A stretch of DNA of 64,000 nt from assembly GCA_973895155.1 (NCBI GenBank), contig OZ316893.1, positions 3,206,490 to 3,270,489 of the forward strand, written 5' to 3'. Position numbers and translations under genes: made by a program. The DNA comes from Marsupella aquatica (lineage: Eukaryota > Plantae > Marchantiophyta). Shown piece after piece: positions 1 through 12,600 of this stretch (its first letter is position 1; every line of letters starts with the position of its first letter). The notes under the pieces are model-generated. The model made no database searches and was not told the origin of the DNA. It worked only from the letters and a program-made list of their open reading frames with translations.

Positions 1-1308
1 TTTGAACTCGTGACACAAGGATTTTCAGTCCTCTGCTTCACAAAAATACTTTACCCTTTATTGAAAAGGGTAAAGTTTTTTTCTTATTGCATTTTAATAA
101 GGATCACTTATTTGTATTGAAAAACCCTTTAGTATTATAAAGATGATCCTAATCCAAAATATCATCCATAGAAAAACATACCTACCAAACCAATCACGAT
201 GATACCAGGTTACAATATGGAAGGAGACATGCATAGCACTTGACCAGAGGGATAGCGCTTTACGATTAAAAGGGGGCAGCTCTACTCGTCAAGAAGAGAG
301 CTGCACCCTTTTAATTTGCTTTTGTTTGGTTCGTGTGCCAGCTTTAAAGAGACTTAATCCGAGATCATAGGCGTAAGTTCAAACGTTATTTTTTCTCCTC
401 CCCGAGATTATTATTGATTAAGAATGTTCACGATGCTGCAATCGTTTTCAATTGTTAAGTACACTATTTCTACAAAAAAAATCTGTTTATCCTAAAAAGA
501 TCATCATGGTGAAATGACCTTAAGCTCTTTCCTTTTTCTCTTGGTAAATTATTCCATCATAAAATAGTTAAATACTCCTTTTTCTTGACCTTTTAAGCTA
601 GAGTCTTTAAATCATAGATAAGATGATTTGTTATAACACGTGATAAGATTTTCTCCCATTTGCTTGGTGGTTTCGGGTTTTTAGCATATGGTGTAAAACC
701 GTTTCTGAAAGAAAATATTATTCCATCATAAGGAGATTATAGCTTATTCAATATTGGTCCCCTGGACATTGTGCAGCCTCCTCAGGTTCTTTCTCCATAT
801 TTTGGAGAACGGGTTGTATAGTAGGCACGGACTGAAATCTACGCTTGTATAAGGCTCCATAATTTATTATTATTTTTCTTATTCATTGATACTTAGCGAG
901 TAAAGTATAAAGTCTTCCATACAAAATAAAAATACACCTTAAAACAAAATTGTGACGCCGCCGGTACGGCGGTTAATGAGTGATTCAGTCTAACTGCGCT
1001 CGGCACGCGCGTTAGGTGGGTCTTAGGCCGCTATTATTAGCATAACGACAGTATTTAGGTAATCATTAGGGGTAGGACATCATTAGGCAATAAGGGGGAC
1101 TTCAGGTTCGGGCTGGCGGCGGGTCGCTATTCGCACACCCGGATTACGAGCGTGGAGGGGCCCCTCCCTCGGGTCCGTATAACGAACTTAAGGAAGCGGC
1201 CACTGACGCACGCTGACTCAGACCGGCGGAGTGGCCGGTACACCACAAGCGTGAGCGGTTCAACCTATGGGCGTCGAGGAGACGTCGGGGATCGACAAGC
1301 CCTCAAAG

Positions 1309-1315
1309 TATAAAA
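1309..1315 (+). promoter_or_regulatory. Putative LTR TATA box (TATAAAA); second copy at 10011-10017
   Basis: TATAAAAGGGG about 360 bp into each LTR and about 105 bp upstream of the ATG of the LTR-borne ORF. Confidence 0.6.
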
Positions 1316-1416
1316 GGGGAGCCAACCCTTTGTAGTGCACCAGTCCATCAGTCCGCGCGCCAGCTTCGACCCCAGCTCTCTCGTTCTCTCTAGGTCGCCA
1401 CTACTATCTCCTCTGA

Positions 1417-2667
1417 ATGTCGCACATGATCCTCTCCAGCTCGGCCATTCGATTCTGGACGCAGTTCCTATCTACCGGAAGGCACTTGGCCGATTCATTG
1501 AAACACGCCAACCCGCGCCGATACGAGATCGAACGCGAATACGAGAGAGCCATCCGCCTAGCAGGACGACACCACTACGTCCTTAACTTTGACTACCCGT
1601 CTCAGAGCGAGCTTTACCGACCAGCTGAGGTATCTGGGTACTTCTTCAACGGAGACAAATATATCGGGTTCTAGGAAGCATTGCTTCGGCTTCCGGACGA
1701 GGTCTTCAAAATCCCGGGTACAATCGACCTGCAGCGACATCACTTCGACCACATCCCTGCCCAGGTTCGGGCTGTCATTAACGGCGAGTCCAGTACCAAC
1801 CGTTCGACAGGGGCATCCGCACTCGCTTCGGAGAACTTCTACCAGCACCTGCAGAGCTTCATGGGAACTCGACCATCAACCAACATGACCAACTCAGCCG
1901 GACCCGTACCCGTACCCGTGCCCATGCAACCCCAGCCTCAACCTCAGCTTCAGCTTCAGCCTCAGCCTCAGCCTCAGCTTCAGGTACGTTTCTGAACGGG
2001 CTTCTGGGAGATTTCTCTCATCAAATTGCCCGGGATACCGGGGAGTTCATGGCCCGGAAGGTAGCCTGTTTCTTCAATCAGGAGTTGGTTGCCGCCGTAA
2101 AGGCAGGTCGGGCCCAGTCGGAGGCCCTTCAAAGGATAGAGCGGTACCGGGTGGAGTCCGTGTACCTAAAGAACGAAGTGGCGGCTCAAGAGGCTGAGCT
2201 TCTGCAACTACGACCCAAGGTTGCAGCCGCCGATGAGTTGTTAGCAAAGGCGTACGCTCTTACCGCCCTAGCCGAACAGGCCAAAGCTGGGAACGAGGCC
2301 GAGATTACACGACTCCGGAACCAGATTGACAGTTTGAAGAAACAAGCTGTCACCTGGCAGAAAGACCTGGAGGAGGCCGAGGAGCGAGCCCAGCGGGACG
2401 CGACGGAGATAGCCACGCTGCAGGCCGAGATGGCGCAGCTCCAAACCGAGGCCGAGAAGCAGGACCAGCTGGCGGGTAAACTGACGAGCGACGCCCAGCA
2501 GCTGGAGGAGGCATGTCAGGAGGCAGCAGAGGAGACGGACGCGGCGAGGCGAGAACGAATCTCTGCTGGACCAGGTCCAGCTCCTCAAAGCGGACAATGA
2601 TAGGCTTCGAAGGCAGCGGGATGGCCGTTCCCATTCGGGCGGCTCTGGCAAGCGTGCCAGGCATTAG
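1417..2667 (+). pseudogene. Internally deleted copy of the LTR-encoded gene in the 5' LTR
   Basis: ORF pieces 1417-1674, 1681-1995 and 2049-2600 match the 3' LTR ORF. TGG->TAG at 1672, the 1.4-kb deletion, and a 2-bp deletion near 2555. Confidence 0.85.
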
Positions 2668-3580
2668 CGGCGGAGTAGGAATAGATTAGGATTAGGATTG
2701 GCTTAGTCAGGCTCTTGGGACAGGCACCTGCCTTAGGTACAGCAGCGCTGCCCTGCTGTCCAGCCTGCGTAGATTAGGATCTTCTAATAAGACACAGCCG
2801 TTTTCCGGCCTGACTGTCAGCTTAGTTAGGACCTTAGTCAGCGAATCTTCGGCGAGAGGACACCCCGTCCCTCGGCTCTTAGTATTTAGTGCACCCCTCG
2901 GTAGAGGCGGGGGGGGGGGGGTTTTAGTTTCAGAGTCGGACATCCGCGGGACATGCGGGGAGTCCCGACCTCTGGGAATGACAGAGTACCAAGGGGAGGG
3001 GGTAGGACTAAGCTCGCCGGGCGAGTGCGGAGCCGGGCTCCGTTGCAGTGTGCACCCTCGGCCTTGAACCTGTGCATTCCAGGGCTGTCGTGTCAACTAA
3101 GTGTACGCATATGTTCCCTTTGTAGTAAAATCCTTTCCCATCATTTTCCTTTGTGTAAATCGAGATTGTATGCATGTGTGCGCATATGTGTGTGGGTTTC
3201 TCGTATATGGGTGGCAGCGCCAGGCCGAACGCACTACCCGAGACGTGCACAGGGTGCAGCCTGCGGGTAAGTGGTTGCAAGCACGGGTTGAGGACCTGTA
3301 TCATCGAATCCGGATCGAAGGCGGATAGCACGAAGGCTTAGAAGCCCTTAAGCCGGGGTCGATCCTGCTATCGACTAAGGTACGTTCCGGCGGCGGAACA
3401 CAAACCATACCTAGGAGGTGTCCGTATTTAGCAGTATGCGCACTTAGCGCTAGTTTACGAGAATAAGGTGCATTACGTGCTTCCCTTCCTGCCCGAACCC
3501 TCAGATTTACGAGGGATGTGCCCGTCTAAGCTGAAGTCTGAGTTAAGGCCGAAGCCTACGACGTGACATAGCCTTTGTTT

Positions 3581-3597
3581 TGGCGCTAGATGGAGGG
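3581..3597 (+). promoter_or_regulatory. Primer-binding site, probably tRNA-Asn
   Basis: TGGCGCTAGATGGAGGG lies 12 nt after the 5' LTR. It has one mismatch to the complement of the plant tRNA-Asn(GUU) 3' end (CCCUCCUUCUAGCGCCA) as I recall it. Confidence 0.7.
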
Positions 3598-3691
3598 GGC
3601 ACTCTACATATCGTAGAGGGGAGACATGTGCGTATTCACCTAGGCAGGATACATCAGGACGTAGTACCAACCATTGCATTTATATGAGTAA

Positions 3692-6600
3692 ATGCATGTC
3701 ACTCGTTCTCAAGCAACTTACTTGAGGAGATTGACCAGCGAACGAGAAAGTGCAACCACAACAAGCTCCGACTCGTCGGGCTCGGAGGACTCGCAATCGT
3801 CCCGACGTATGAACATACCCCCGGGATCTTTGGGGTCCGGTTCGACCGGCCCTGCTGCGGTTCCACCACCACCACCACCACCACCTATGGCAGCCGCTCC
3901 ACCGGTGGCCCGCGCTGCTCAGGCGCCTCCACAAATATCGCAACGATCGCGATTTCATTATCGACCTTTCAAAGGGCGTCATGGGGATGATCCAGATGAA
4001 TGGTTGGATGAGTTTGAAGCCACTGCTAAAGCTAATGGGGAAGACGCCATTAAGCTAACCGTCCTCCCAGGAGTGATGCGGGGAGAAGCTCGTCCATGGT
4101 ACAACTCGTTACCACCCGGGACTACCTGGGCACAATTCCAAGCTGCATTGCTGCAGGAGTTTCGTGCCATTGGATCAGAACAGCGTTCTCTATTAAAGAT
4201 TGGCCAGCTTCGCATGGGAAAAAAAGAGTCCCTACGGAAGTTCATTCAGAAGTTTCAGAAACTTGTGGCCAAGATCCGGCCCAGGCCAGGAGACGCGCTC
4301 CAGCTTACATGGTTCCTTCATGGTTTGCCCACGAATATGCAATTCTGGGTACGCCAGAATAATCCAATTTCAATGCAGGCGGCCATAGCGTGCGCTGAAA
4401 CTTACCGGGAGTCCACCCATAACTCCCGGCGGAGCCAGCGAGCACGCCGCAGGAAGGGTAAGTACGAAACCTTCAGTGACAGTGACTCCAAATTGGACGA
4501 CGAGAGGAAGAAGAAACGCAAGAAGAAGAAGAAACATCGTTCGACCTCGTCCAGCTCCGAGACAGAATCCAGTTTGGATTCAGCTTCAAGCATCGGATCC
4601 TCTACCTCCAGTTCATCAGGAAGTGACTTGGAGAGCGAAAGCCGGAGCAAAAAGAAGAAGAGACGAGTGAAGAAGGAGGGGAAGATTAAACCCCGGGCGG
4701 GAAGAACGATACCAGATCCAAAGGCTGCCGAAGCAGACAAGCTGAACGAAATCACGGATCGACTCAAAGCACTGTCAGTACATCTTGCGGAAAAGCCGGT
4801 GGAGAAGAAGAAGCCATCTGAGATTCGAGCCCATGCGTGGTGTTCAAAGTGCTTCCAATCCGGTCATGTGGTGCAGGAATGCCCAAGGTGGAAGAACCGA
4901 GTTCACCAAGTAGAGCTGGATGATGTTGACAACCCGAGCCCCGAATCGGAGTCCACGGAGTATTTCTTTGAGGACCCTCCTGATTCCGTGTACCAGATTT
5001 CAACGGTAGGTCCGCGTAATTTAGCGGGTAGAACTGCGTACCCCTACCCAAGTAATGGCCGGAGTTTCCAGGTTATCAGTAACCCGAGCATCCCTCCTAA
5101 GCCAGGGATTTGGCGGTCCCCGGTTTGTTACAACTGTGAAAAGCCAGGACACTTTGCGAGGGAATGCACCGAACCAAGACGTCAGGGAGATGGCCGAGGC
5201 ACCCCACTATGTCAAGTTTGCAAAACGGAGGCTCATTCCACGGCCAACTGTCCGTTGGTAATCGCTGCTCGAACGAGTGCGGCTAGACCGGCCCAGGCTG
5301 GACCAGTCACGAGCGATGCAGTCGTCCAAATGATTGCTGTAGAATGGCAAGATGACAACACCGAGTGGGTGAATCTGGTGGACGTGGCGGAACACCCTAA
5401 TCCATTGGATGAGGCCGAGTGCTACCGAGTGTCGACAAGGGCCGAACGGAAGGAAGAAAAGACGGAGGAGAAACGGAGGAAAAAGCAAGATACTACTCCG
5501 GTGCAGCCAGCGATAAATATACCCCCGGAAAAGGACGATGACTACCGACGGGACGACCCGAAGCTGTTTTTTCCCTGCATCGAAGAATTGGTAAAGAAAC
5601 AGCTGGAGGCTTACAAAGCTCGGGAATACCAGAAGGCAATCGATAAGGACATCAAAGCAGCCGAGACAGCCCGGCGTCAGGAGCAAGAAAAGCAAGATAA
5701 ACAAGAGGAAGCCAAGCAGCAGCCAACCAAAGAAACAAAGGAGGACTATGATATTAAGGAGGACGTGAAGAGTTGCCCGGTTACAGCGACGGTGGGGCAA
5801 CTGCTGCAGAACAACCCACAGTACAGACGACAACTGAGGGAGTTGCTCATCGGTCGCCGAAGGAGGAGACTACCCCGAGTTGGGAGTGCGGACTGCAACA
5901 TGATATGCGAGGACCTTGGAGCGCCGGACATCTCGATCGAAATTAATAACTGTACCATCAAGATGGTTCTTGTAGACGGAGGAGCGGGAGTCAACATCAT
6001 GACTGAAGAAACGTCAGTCAAGTTAGGATACCTCACGTATCAACCCACGGCCCGAGCTATCAGATTAGCAAACGGGGCAAGGGTCCTCCCATTAGGTACG
6101 CTCACACGAGTGCTCACTCTGGTGGGAGGGGTAGAGTTCTATCTCAACTTCTTAGTCATGAGGCCGGTTCGTCCCTCCTCTTATCCGGTTCTTCTGGGCA
6201 GGCCGTGGTTGTACGGTGGCCGCGTAGTCACGGATTGGGGAAAGAAGGAGCTACGGTTCGGGGAACCCACCGTACGGGTATCCTGGGCAATGAACGATTA
6301 TCAAGGAGAAACCCCACAAGGACCCGAGGAATATGATTCGGAGACCTCGGAGGAAGAGGAACTCAATATGATCAAACTCATCTCGTCCCTATCCGAGGAA
6401 GATGTCTTCGGAGTTGAAGCAACCCGAGAAACACATCTCCTAAATTACCCGAGGGCTGCCATTAAGTCCACCCCAAGCACATCTACTGTCGGGGATGAGG
6501 AAACGCACGAACAACTCGTTGAGACGGAGGACACGGCTCCAGCTAAGCAGGGAGCCGAGGCTGCTCCTTCCATTTCAGAGCCTCATAACCATGAACCAGC

Positions 6601-9600
6601 CCAACAACCGCCTGAGGCCGAAAACTTGAGACCGAGACATAAAAAGCGAGTCTCATGGGATCCGTCCATTCCGCAATTGGAGGACGTAAACCCCATCCCG
6701 AGACCAATCCCGGTCCCACCCATGTACGAAGGGGTTCGGTTAGCTGAGCTTGACGCGAGCCTGGACCCGAGTCTGCGAAACCAGGTTGAAGTCATCAGGA
6801 AGGAACACTACCGGAAGTACACTATTGGGATGGACAAATCTTTTAACCTGGGCCACGCTCTGACGGGGAAGGCTGAAAAATCCATCCAAGCTTTGCTCAA
6901 GGAATATGAAGATGTGTTTGCATGGAGTCATCATGATTTAACAGGCGTCTCCCCCGAGTTGGGAGAACACACAATCGATCTGAACCTAGGAGCCCATGCG
7001 GTACGACAGCGACAACGTCGCATGAATCCGAGGTACTCCATCTTAGTGAAGGAGGAAATTGATCGTCTCCTCGCCGCCGATATCATTTACCCGGTAATGG
7101 CCAGCGACTGGGTCTCTCCCATTGTCATTGTACCAAAGAAGGGAGGTACGGATGGAAAACCTAAGATTCGTATCTGTCAGGACTACCGTAAGCTGAATGA
7201 CGCAACCCGAAAAGACCATTACCCATTACCATTCACGGATATGGTTCTAGATATGGTGGCCCGAAATGAAATCTATACATTTCTTGACGGGTATTCAGGT
7301 TATAACCAAATCTGGATTCGTCTCGCGGATCAGCTCAAAACAACTTTCACTACGGAGTGGGGGACGTTCGCATTTCGGAGGATGCCTTTTGGTCTGTGTA
7401 ACGCCCCGGCTATGTTTCAGCGCCTTATGATGAATATCTTCCACGATTTCCTACGGGAATTTTTGGAGATATTTATCGATGACTTTGCCATCTTCGGAAC
7501 CATTGCCATGCACCCCGAACACCTACGACGAACGTTGCAACGATGCCGAGATGTTAACCTCAAACTACATCCCGCCAAATGCTTCTTTGGGGTAGAGGAG
7601 GGGGTGTTACTCGAGCATCGTGTGTCCAAACGGGGCATTGAGGTGGACCAAGAGAAAGTTGTGGCCTGGATGGCGGTGGTGTTCCCCTTGGATCAAAAAG
7701 CAGTACGATCCTTCTTGGGCTGCGTAGGGTATTACCGCCGGTTCATTAAAGACTTTGCTAAAATTGCGTTGCCCTTAACTGAGATGATGAAGAAGGACGC
7801 AGTTGTCGAGGAGACACCCCGTAGACGGATTGCTTTTGAGGAACTCCGTAAACGACTCACCACCACGCCTATCATGGTCACCCCAGACTGGAATAAGGAG
7901 TTCCACGTGTATGTCGATGTGTCAGGGTTCTGTATCAGATCCGTACTTAGTCAGCTAGATGAGGATGGACGTGATCACCCCATCTATTTTGCTAGCCGTC
8001 AACTATTTGCAGCCGAAAAGAATTATTCCCCCACTGATCAAGAAGCTTTGGGAATAATCTACTCGTGTAAAAAGTTCCGACACTATCTGCTAGGCTACAA
8101 AATCATTTTCCACACGGATCATGATAGCCTGAAGTACATGGTCAACAAAGCGGATGTGACAGGACGGATAGCCCGGTGGGTGCTACTTCTCCAGGAATTT
8201 AATTATGAAGTTCGGGTTCGGCCAGGAAGGGTACACCTCAATGCCGATTTCTTTTCACGACTGGACGGCGTACCAGTCGATCAGCCAATTGATGATATTT
8301 TTCCGGATGAGGAGTTGTTCCACGTGGGGGAAGGGACACCAACGTGGTACGGCTCAATAATCACCTTCCTTTTAACGGGCCGCATCCCTGACGGCATCAA
8401 TCAGGAGGCCGCCGCTGTGTTTTTACGGAAGGCCGGGCCTTACGTCATGATACAGGGTCACCTACATAAGGAAGGTATTAACGGAAAGTTACGACGCTGC
8501 TTAGAGTATAAGGAGACACTTATCGTGATACGGGCCCTGCATGAAGAAGAAGCTGGAGGCCATTTCGCGGCAGTTACGACAGCCTGAAAGATTCTGGACT
8601 CGGGGTATTGGTGGCCTACGTTGCATCGGGATGTACAGCGCTTCATTAAGGGCTGTGACTTGTGTCAGCGAGCGGGGGCCCCGAGGCGGGCTCATCATCA
8701 CCCGCTCACATCTGTGCTTCCATTGGCACCATTCGAAAAATGGGGAATTGATTATATCAGACCATTCACTCCCGTTACCCAAAGGCGAAGGTGCAGGTAC
8801 ATCCTATTAGCTATTGATTACTCCACCAAATGGGTCAAAGCGCGGGCTACGGTAAAGGACGACGCCGCAACCAGTGCCAGATTCTTATACGAACAGATTT
8901 TCACCCGATTCGGACTGCCCTTAGAATTGGTAAGCGACTATGGAACCCACTTCCTCAATGACACCGTAGCCCAGCTTACGGAGCGTTACCTAGTCAAGCA
9001 CCGCAAGACTACCCCATATCATCCTAAAGCCAACGGGATGGCGGAGAGAGCAAATGGTATCATTGGGAAGATCCTCAACAAAACTGTAGCTATGCACAAA
9101 ACGGATTGGGATGATAAGTTGTACGCGGCGGTGTACTCGTATAATCTAGCTTACAAAACTACTACGAGTCACAGCCCGTACTTTCTGGTGTTCGGCCAAC
9201 ATTCGTTGGTGCCCGTCGAATTTGAAGTGCACACTCCACGGGTCAGCATTCGGGATCGCTTACCTGAATCTGAAAGTCTGTCAGACCGAGCTTATCAGAT
9301 TGAAGCCTTGGAAGAAGCACGGCTACTGGCAGCTCGACACACCGTGAAGAAACAGGCAACTTCGAAGAAGCAGCACGACAAAGGACTACGGAGGGTCGAC
9401 GTCGTGGCAGGCGATCTAGTCCTTCTGTACGATAGTAGGTACATGCAGTTTCCAGGGAAGCTGCATACCCGGTGGTTGGGGCCCTTCCTTGTCAATCAGA
9501 TCTACCGAAACGGATCTTTGGAGCTTGCGACGTATGCCGGCGATTTACTCCCCACGCGAATCAGCTACGATCGTGTAAAAAAGTACCACCATCAAGATGA

Positions 9601-9685
9601 CGACGCCGATAGCGATGTTCGCGAGGACGCTTCACAATTAAGCAGGGAGCTATGTGACACCGCCGGTACGGCGGTTAATGAGTGA
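3692..9685 (+). pseudogene. gag-pol polyprotein (Gag, 3 CCHC knuckles, protease, RT, RNase H, integrase) with one in-frame stop at 8585-8587
   Basis: Motifs DPDEWLDEFE (capsid); CSKCFQSGHVVQEC, CYNCEKPGHFAREC and CQVCKTEAHSTANC; LVDGGAGVN (protease); RMPFGLCNAP and FIDD (RT); FEKWGIDY and TTPYHPKANG (integrase); WLGPF. ORF 8621-9685 is in frame with 3692-8587. Confidence 0.95.
9640..9652 (+). promoter_or_regulatory. Polypurine tract
   Basis: AAGCAGGGAGCTA immediately before the 3' LTR TG at 9653. Confidence 0.6.
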
Positions 9686-12600
9686 TTCAGTCTAACTGCG
9701 CTCGGCACGCGCGTTAGGTGGGTCTTAGGCCGCTATTATTAGCATAACGACAGTATTTAGGTAATCATTAGGGGTAGGACATCATTAGGCAATAAGGGGG
9801 ACTTCAGGTTCGGGCTGGCGGCGGGTCGCTATTCGCACACCCGGATTACGAGCGTGGAGGGGCCCCTCCCTCGGGTCCGTATAACGAACTTAAGGAAGCG
9901 GCCACTGACGCACGCTGACTCAGACCGGCGGAGTGGCCGGTACACCACAAGCGTGAGCGGTTCAACCTATGGGCGTCGAGGAGACGTCGGGGATCGACAA
10001 GCCCTCAAAGTATAAAAGGGGAGCCAACCCTTTGTAGTGCACCAGTCCATCAGTCCGCGCGCCAGCTTCGACCCCAGCTCTCTCGTTCTCTCTAGGTCGC
10101 CACTACTATCTCCTCTGAATGTCGCACACGATCCTCTCCAGCTCGGCCATTCGATTCTGGACGTAGTTCCTATCTACCGGAAGGCACTTGGCCGATTCAT
10201 TGAAACACGCCAACCCGCACCGATACGAGATCGAACGCGAATACGAGAGAGCTATCCGCCTAGCAGGACGACACCACTACGTCCTTAACTTTGACTACCC
10301 GTCTCAGAGCGAGCTTTACCGACCAGCTGAGGTATCTGGGTACTTCTTCAACGGAGACAAATATATCGGGTTCTGGGAAGCATTGCTTCGGCTTCCGGAC
10401 GAGGTCTTCAAAATCCCGGGTACAATCGACCTGCAGCGACATCACTTCGACCACATCCCTGCCCAGGTTCGGGCTATCATTAACGGCGAGTCCAGTACCA
10501 ACCGTTCGACAGGGGCGTCCGCACTCGCTTCGGAGAACTTCTACCAGCACCTGCAGAGCTTCATGGGAACTCGACCATCAACCAACATGACCAACTTAGT
10601 CGGACCCGTACCCGTACCCGTGCCCATGCAACCCCAGCCTCAACCTCAGCTTCAGCTTCAGCCTCAGCCTCAGCCGCAGCCTAGCCAAACCCCACCACCT
10701 ATCACCCAGCCAGCACAGGTACGCTCCGTCATCAACGTTGTGGATCTTAGCGATGACGACAAGGCTACCCCACCCTTGACCAGGCGGCCCAGAGGAACAA
10801 GCGCTCGGGGGGCCGACACTATATCGTCCCCACCCCCTGCTCTGACCCCAGGAGCGGCCCCAGCAGACAACATAGTGACCGTGGCCGCCCCGGGCCTGTT
10901 ACCAACCGCAGTGGCACTCCCCAGGCCCGATCGGGAGGATGGGGAAGTATCACCTTCCCCGAGTCAGTCACGGGGAAAGAAGAGGAAGGAATCCGCCACT
11001 GCATCCGGGTTAGCGTTGGCCACGGTAGCCGTAGCCAAGGTGACGATGCATCGCATGGGGGAAAACGTTCATAGCAACATCCTCCATCCCAAGCATGCGG
11101 TGTACCTGAAGACTCAGGGATTTGAGCACCTCACCTCTCTCCCCTGGAACACTTGCAGGTACTACGGGGAGGACATGACAGAATTCGTCAAGAATTATGA
11201 CGACGTACGTCAACAGACTCGGCTGTGGGGAAGGAATATGTCCCTCACAGAAGAACGGCTCAAGATGATCTTCGGGTTACCCGAAGGTGACCATCGAGTC
11301 GAATCACGGGCTCCCGGGGGCAAGGGGGCCAAGTACCAATCTTCAAGTTTTCCCTCAGAGGGATCAGTAGACAACGGGTTCGTGATGAGGACCTGCCTCA
11401 TGCCCGAGATAGCTGAGCGGCTGGAGTTCCAGAGGTACGCTCTCCACATGATGGAACCCCGGGGGGAGATCTCCACCGCCCAGGTTATCCAGGTCGAGAA
11501 CTATCGACCTAGGAAATGGGCATCGTACTTCGCTAAGAAATTCCATGAAGAGATGGAGCGGCGAAGGAAGACGTTGTACATTGGCGGGAAGGCGTATTTC
11601 GCTAGCCACATCGAAATCATTCTTGAGTGGTACGCCCGGTTTGATCGACGAACCCTTCCCCGCATCAACGTTACAAAGCTGGTCCCAACTAGGTGGGTTT
11701 TTCCGGCATTGGAGAGACGGCCCCAACCCGAGGCCCGAAGTCCAGTGGACACGCCAGCTTCACCCACCCCACCTCCACAATTAGCTGTAATCGTAACCGA
11801 GGAGGCGCCGGAGGGGTCGGTCATCGCAACCGTTGATGCGACCCAACTAGTCGGGCTAAGTACAGAAGTTGGTACGGCAGAGGTCTTACCCGAACCCGGG
11901 TCTCCCAAGGACCCGCCGGTGGCAATTCCGGAGAACCGGACATCGCTGTAGGAGGACACTCCAGCCCCTTCCAACGTTATGTCCCCAGGGCTGGACGTCA
12001 CTGCCCCGGCCCCTGCGCGTGTTGATGTCTGCCCGTGCCCAAATCCGGATAGGCACAACTTGGACCACCCGGAACTCTTCGTACAGGGTACGTTTCTGAA
12101 CGGGCTTCTGGGAGATTTCTCTCATCAAATTGCCCGGGATACCGGGGAGTTCATGGCCCGGAAGGTAGCCTGTTTCTTCAATCAGGAGTTGGTTGCCGCC
12201 GTAAAGGCAGGTCGGGCCCAGTCGGAGGCCCTTCAAAGGATAGAGCGGTACCGGGTGGAGTCCGTGTACCTAAAGAACGAAGTGGCGGCTCAAGAGGCTG
12301 AGCTTCTGCAACTACGACCCAAGGTTGCAGCCGCCGATGAGTTGTTAGCAAAGGCGTACGCTCTTACAGCCCTAGCCGAACAGGCCAAAGCTGGGAACGA
12401 GGCCGAGATTACACGACTCCGGAACCAGATTGACAGTTTGAAGAAACAAGTTGTCACCTGGCAGAAAGACCTGGAGGAGGCCGAGGAGCGAGCCCAGCGG
12501 GACGCGACGGAGATAGCCACGCTGCAGGCCGAGATGGCGCGGCTCCAAACCGAGGCCGAGAAGCAGGACCAGCTGGCGGGTAAACTGACGAGCGACGCCC

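Larger units (their letters stand above)
951..3568 (+). repeat. 5' LTR of family A (2618 bp; ~1.4-kb internal deletion relative to the 3' LTR)
   Basis: Near-identical to 9653-13670. The offset is 8702 before position ~1975 and 10104 after 1983, i.e. about 1402 bp are missing. Confidence 0.93.

Noticed and set aside
1975-1990. 5' LTR deletion as a reverse-transcribed splicing product
   Set aside because: The nearby CAG|GTACG donor (~10718) would retain ~40 nt that are absent from the 5' LTR, so the junction does not fit a clean GT-AG excision.
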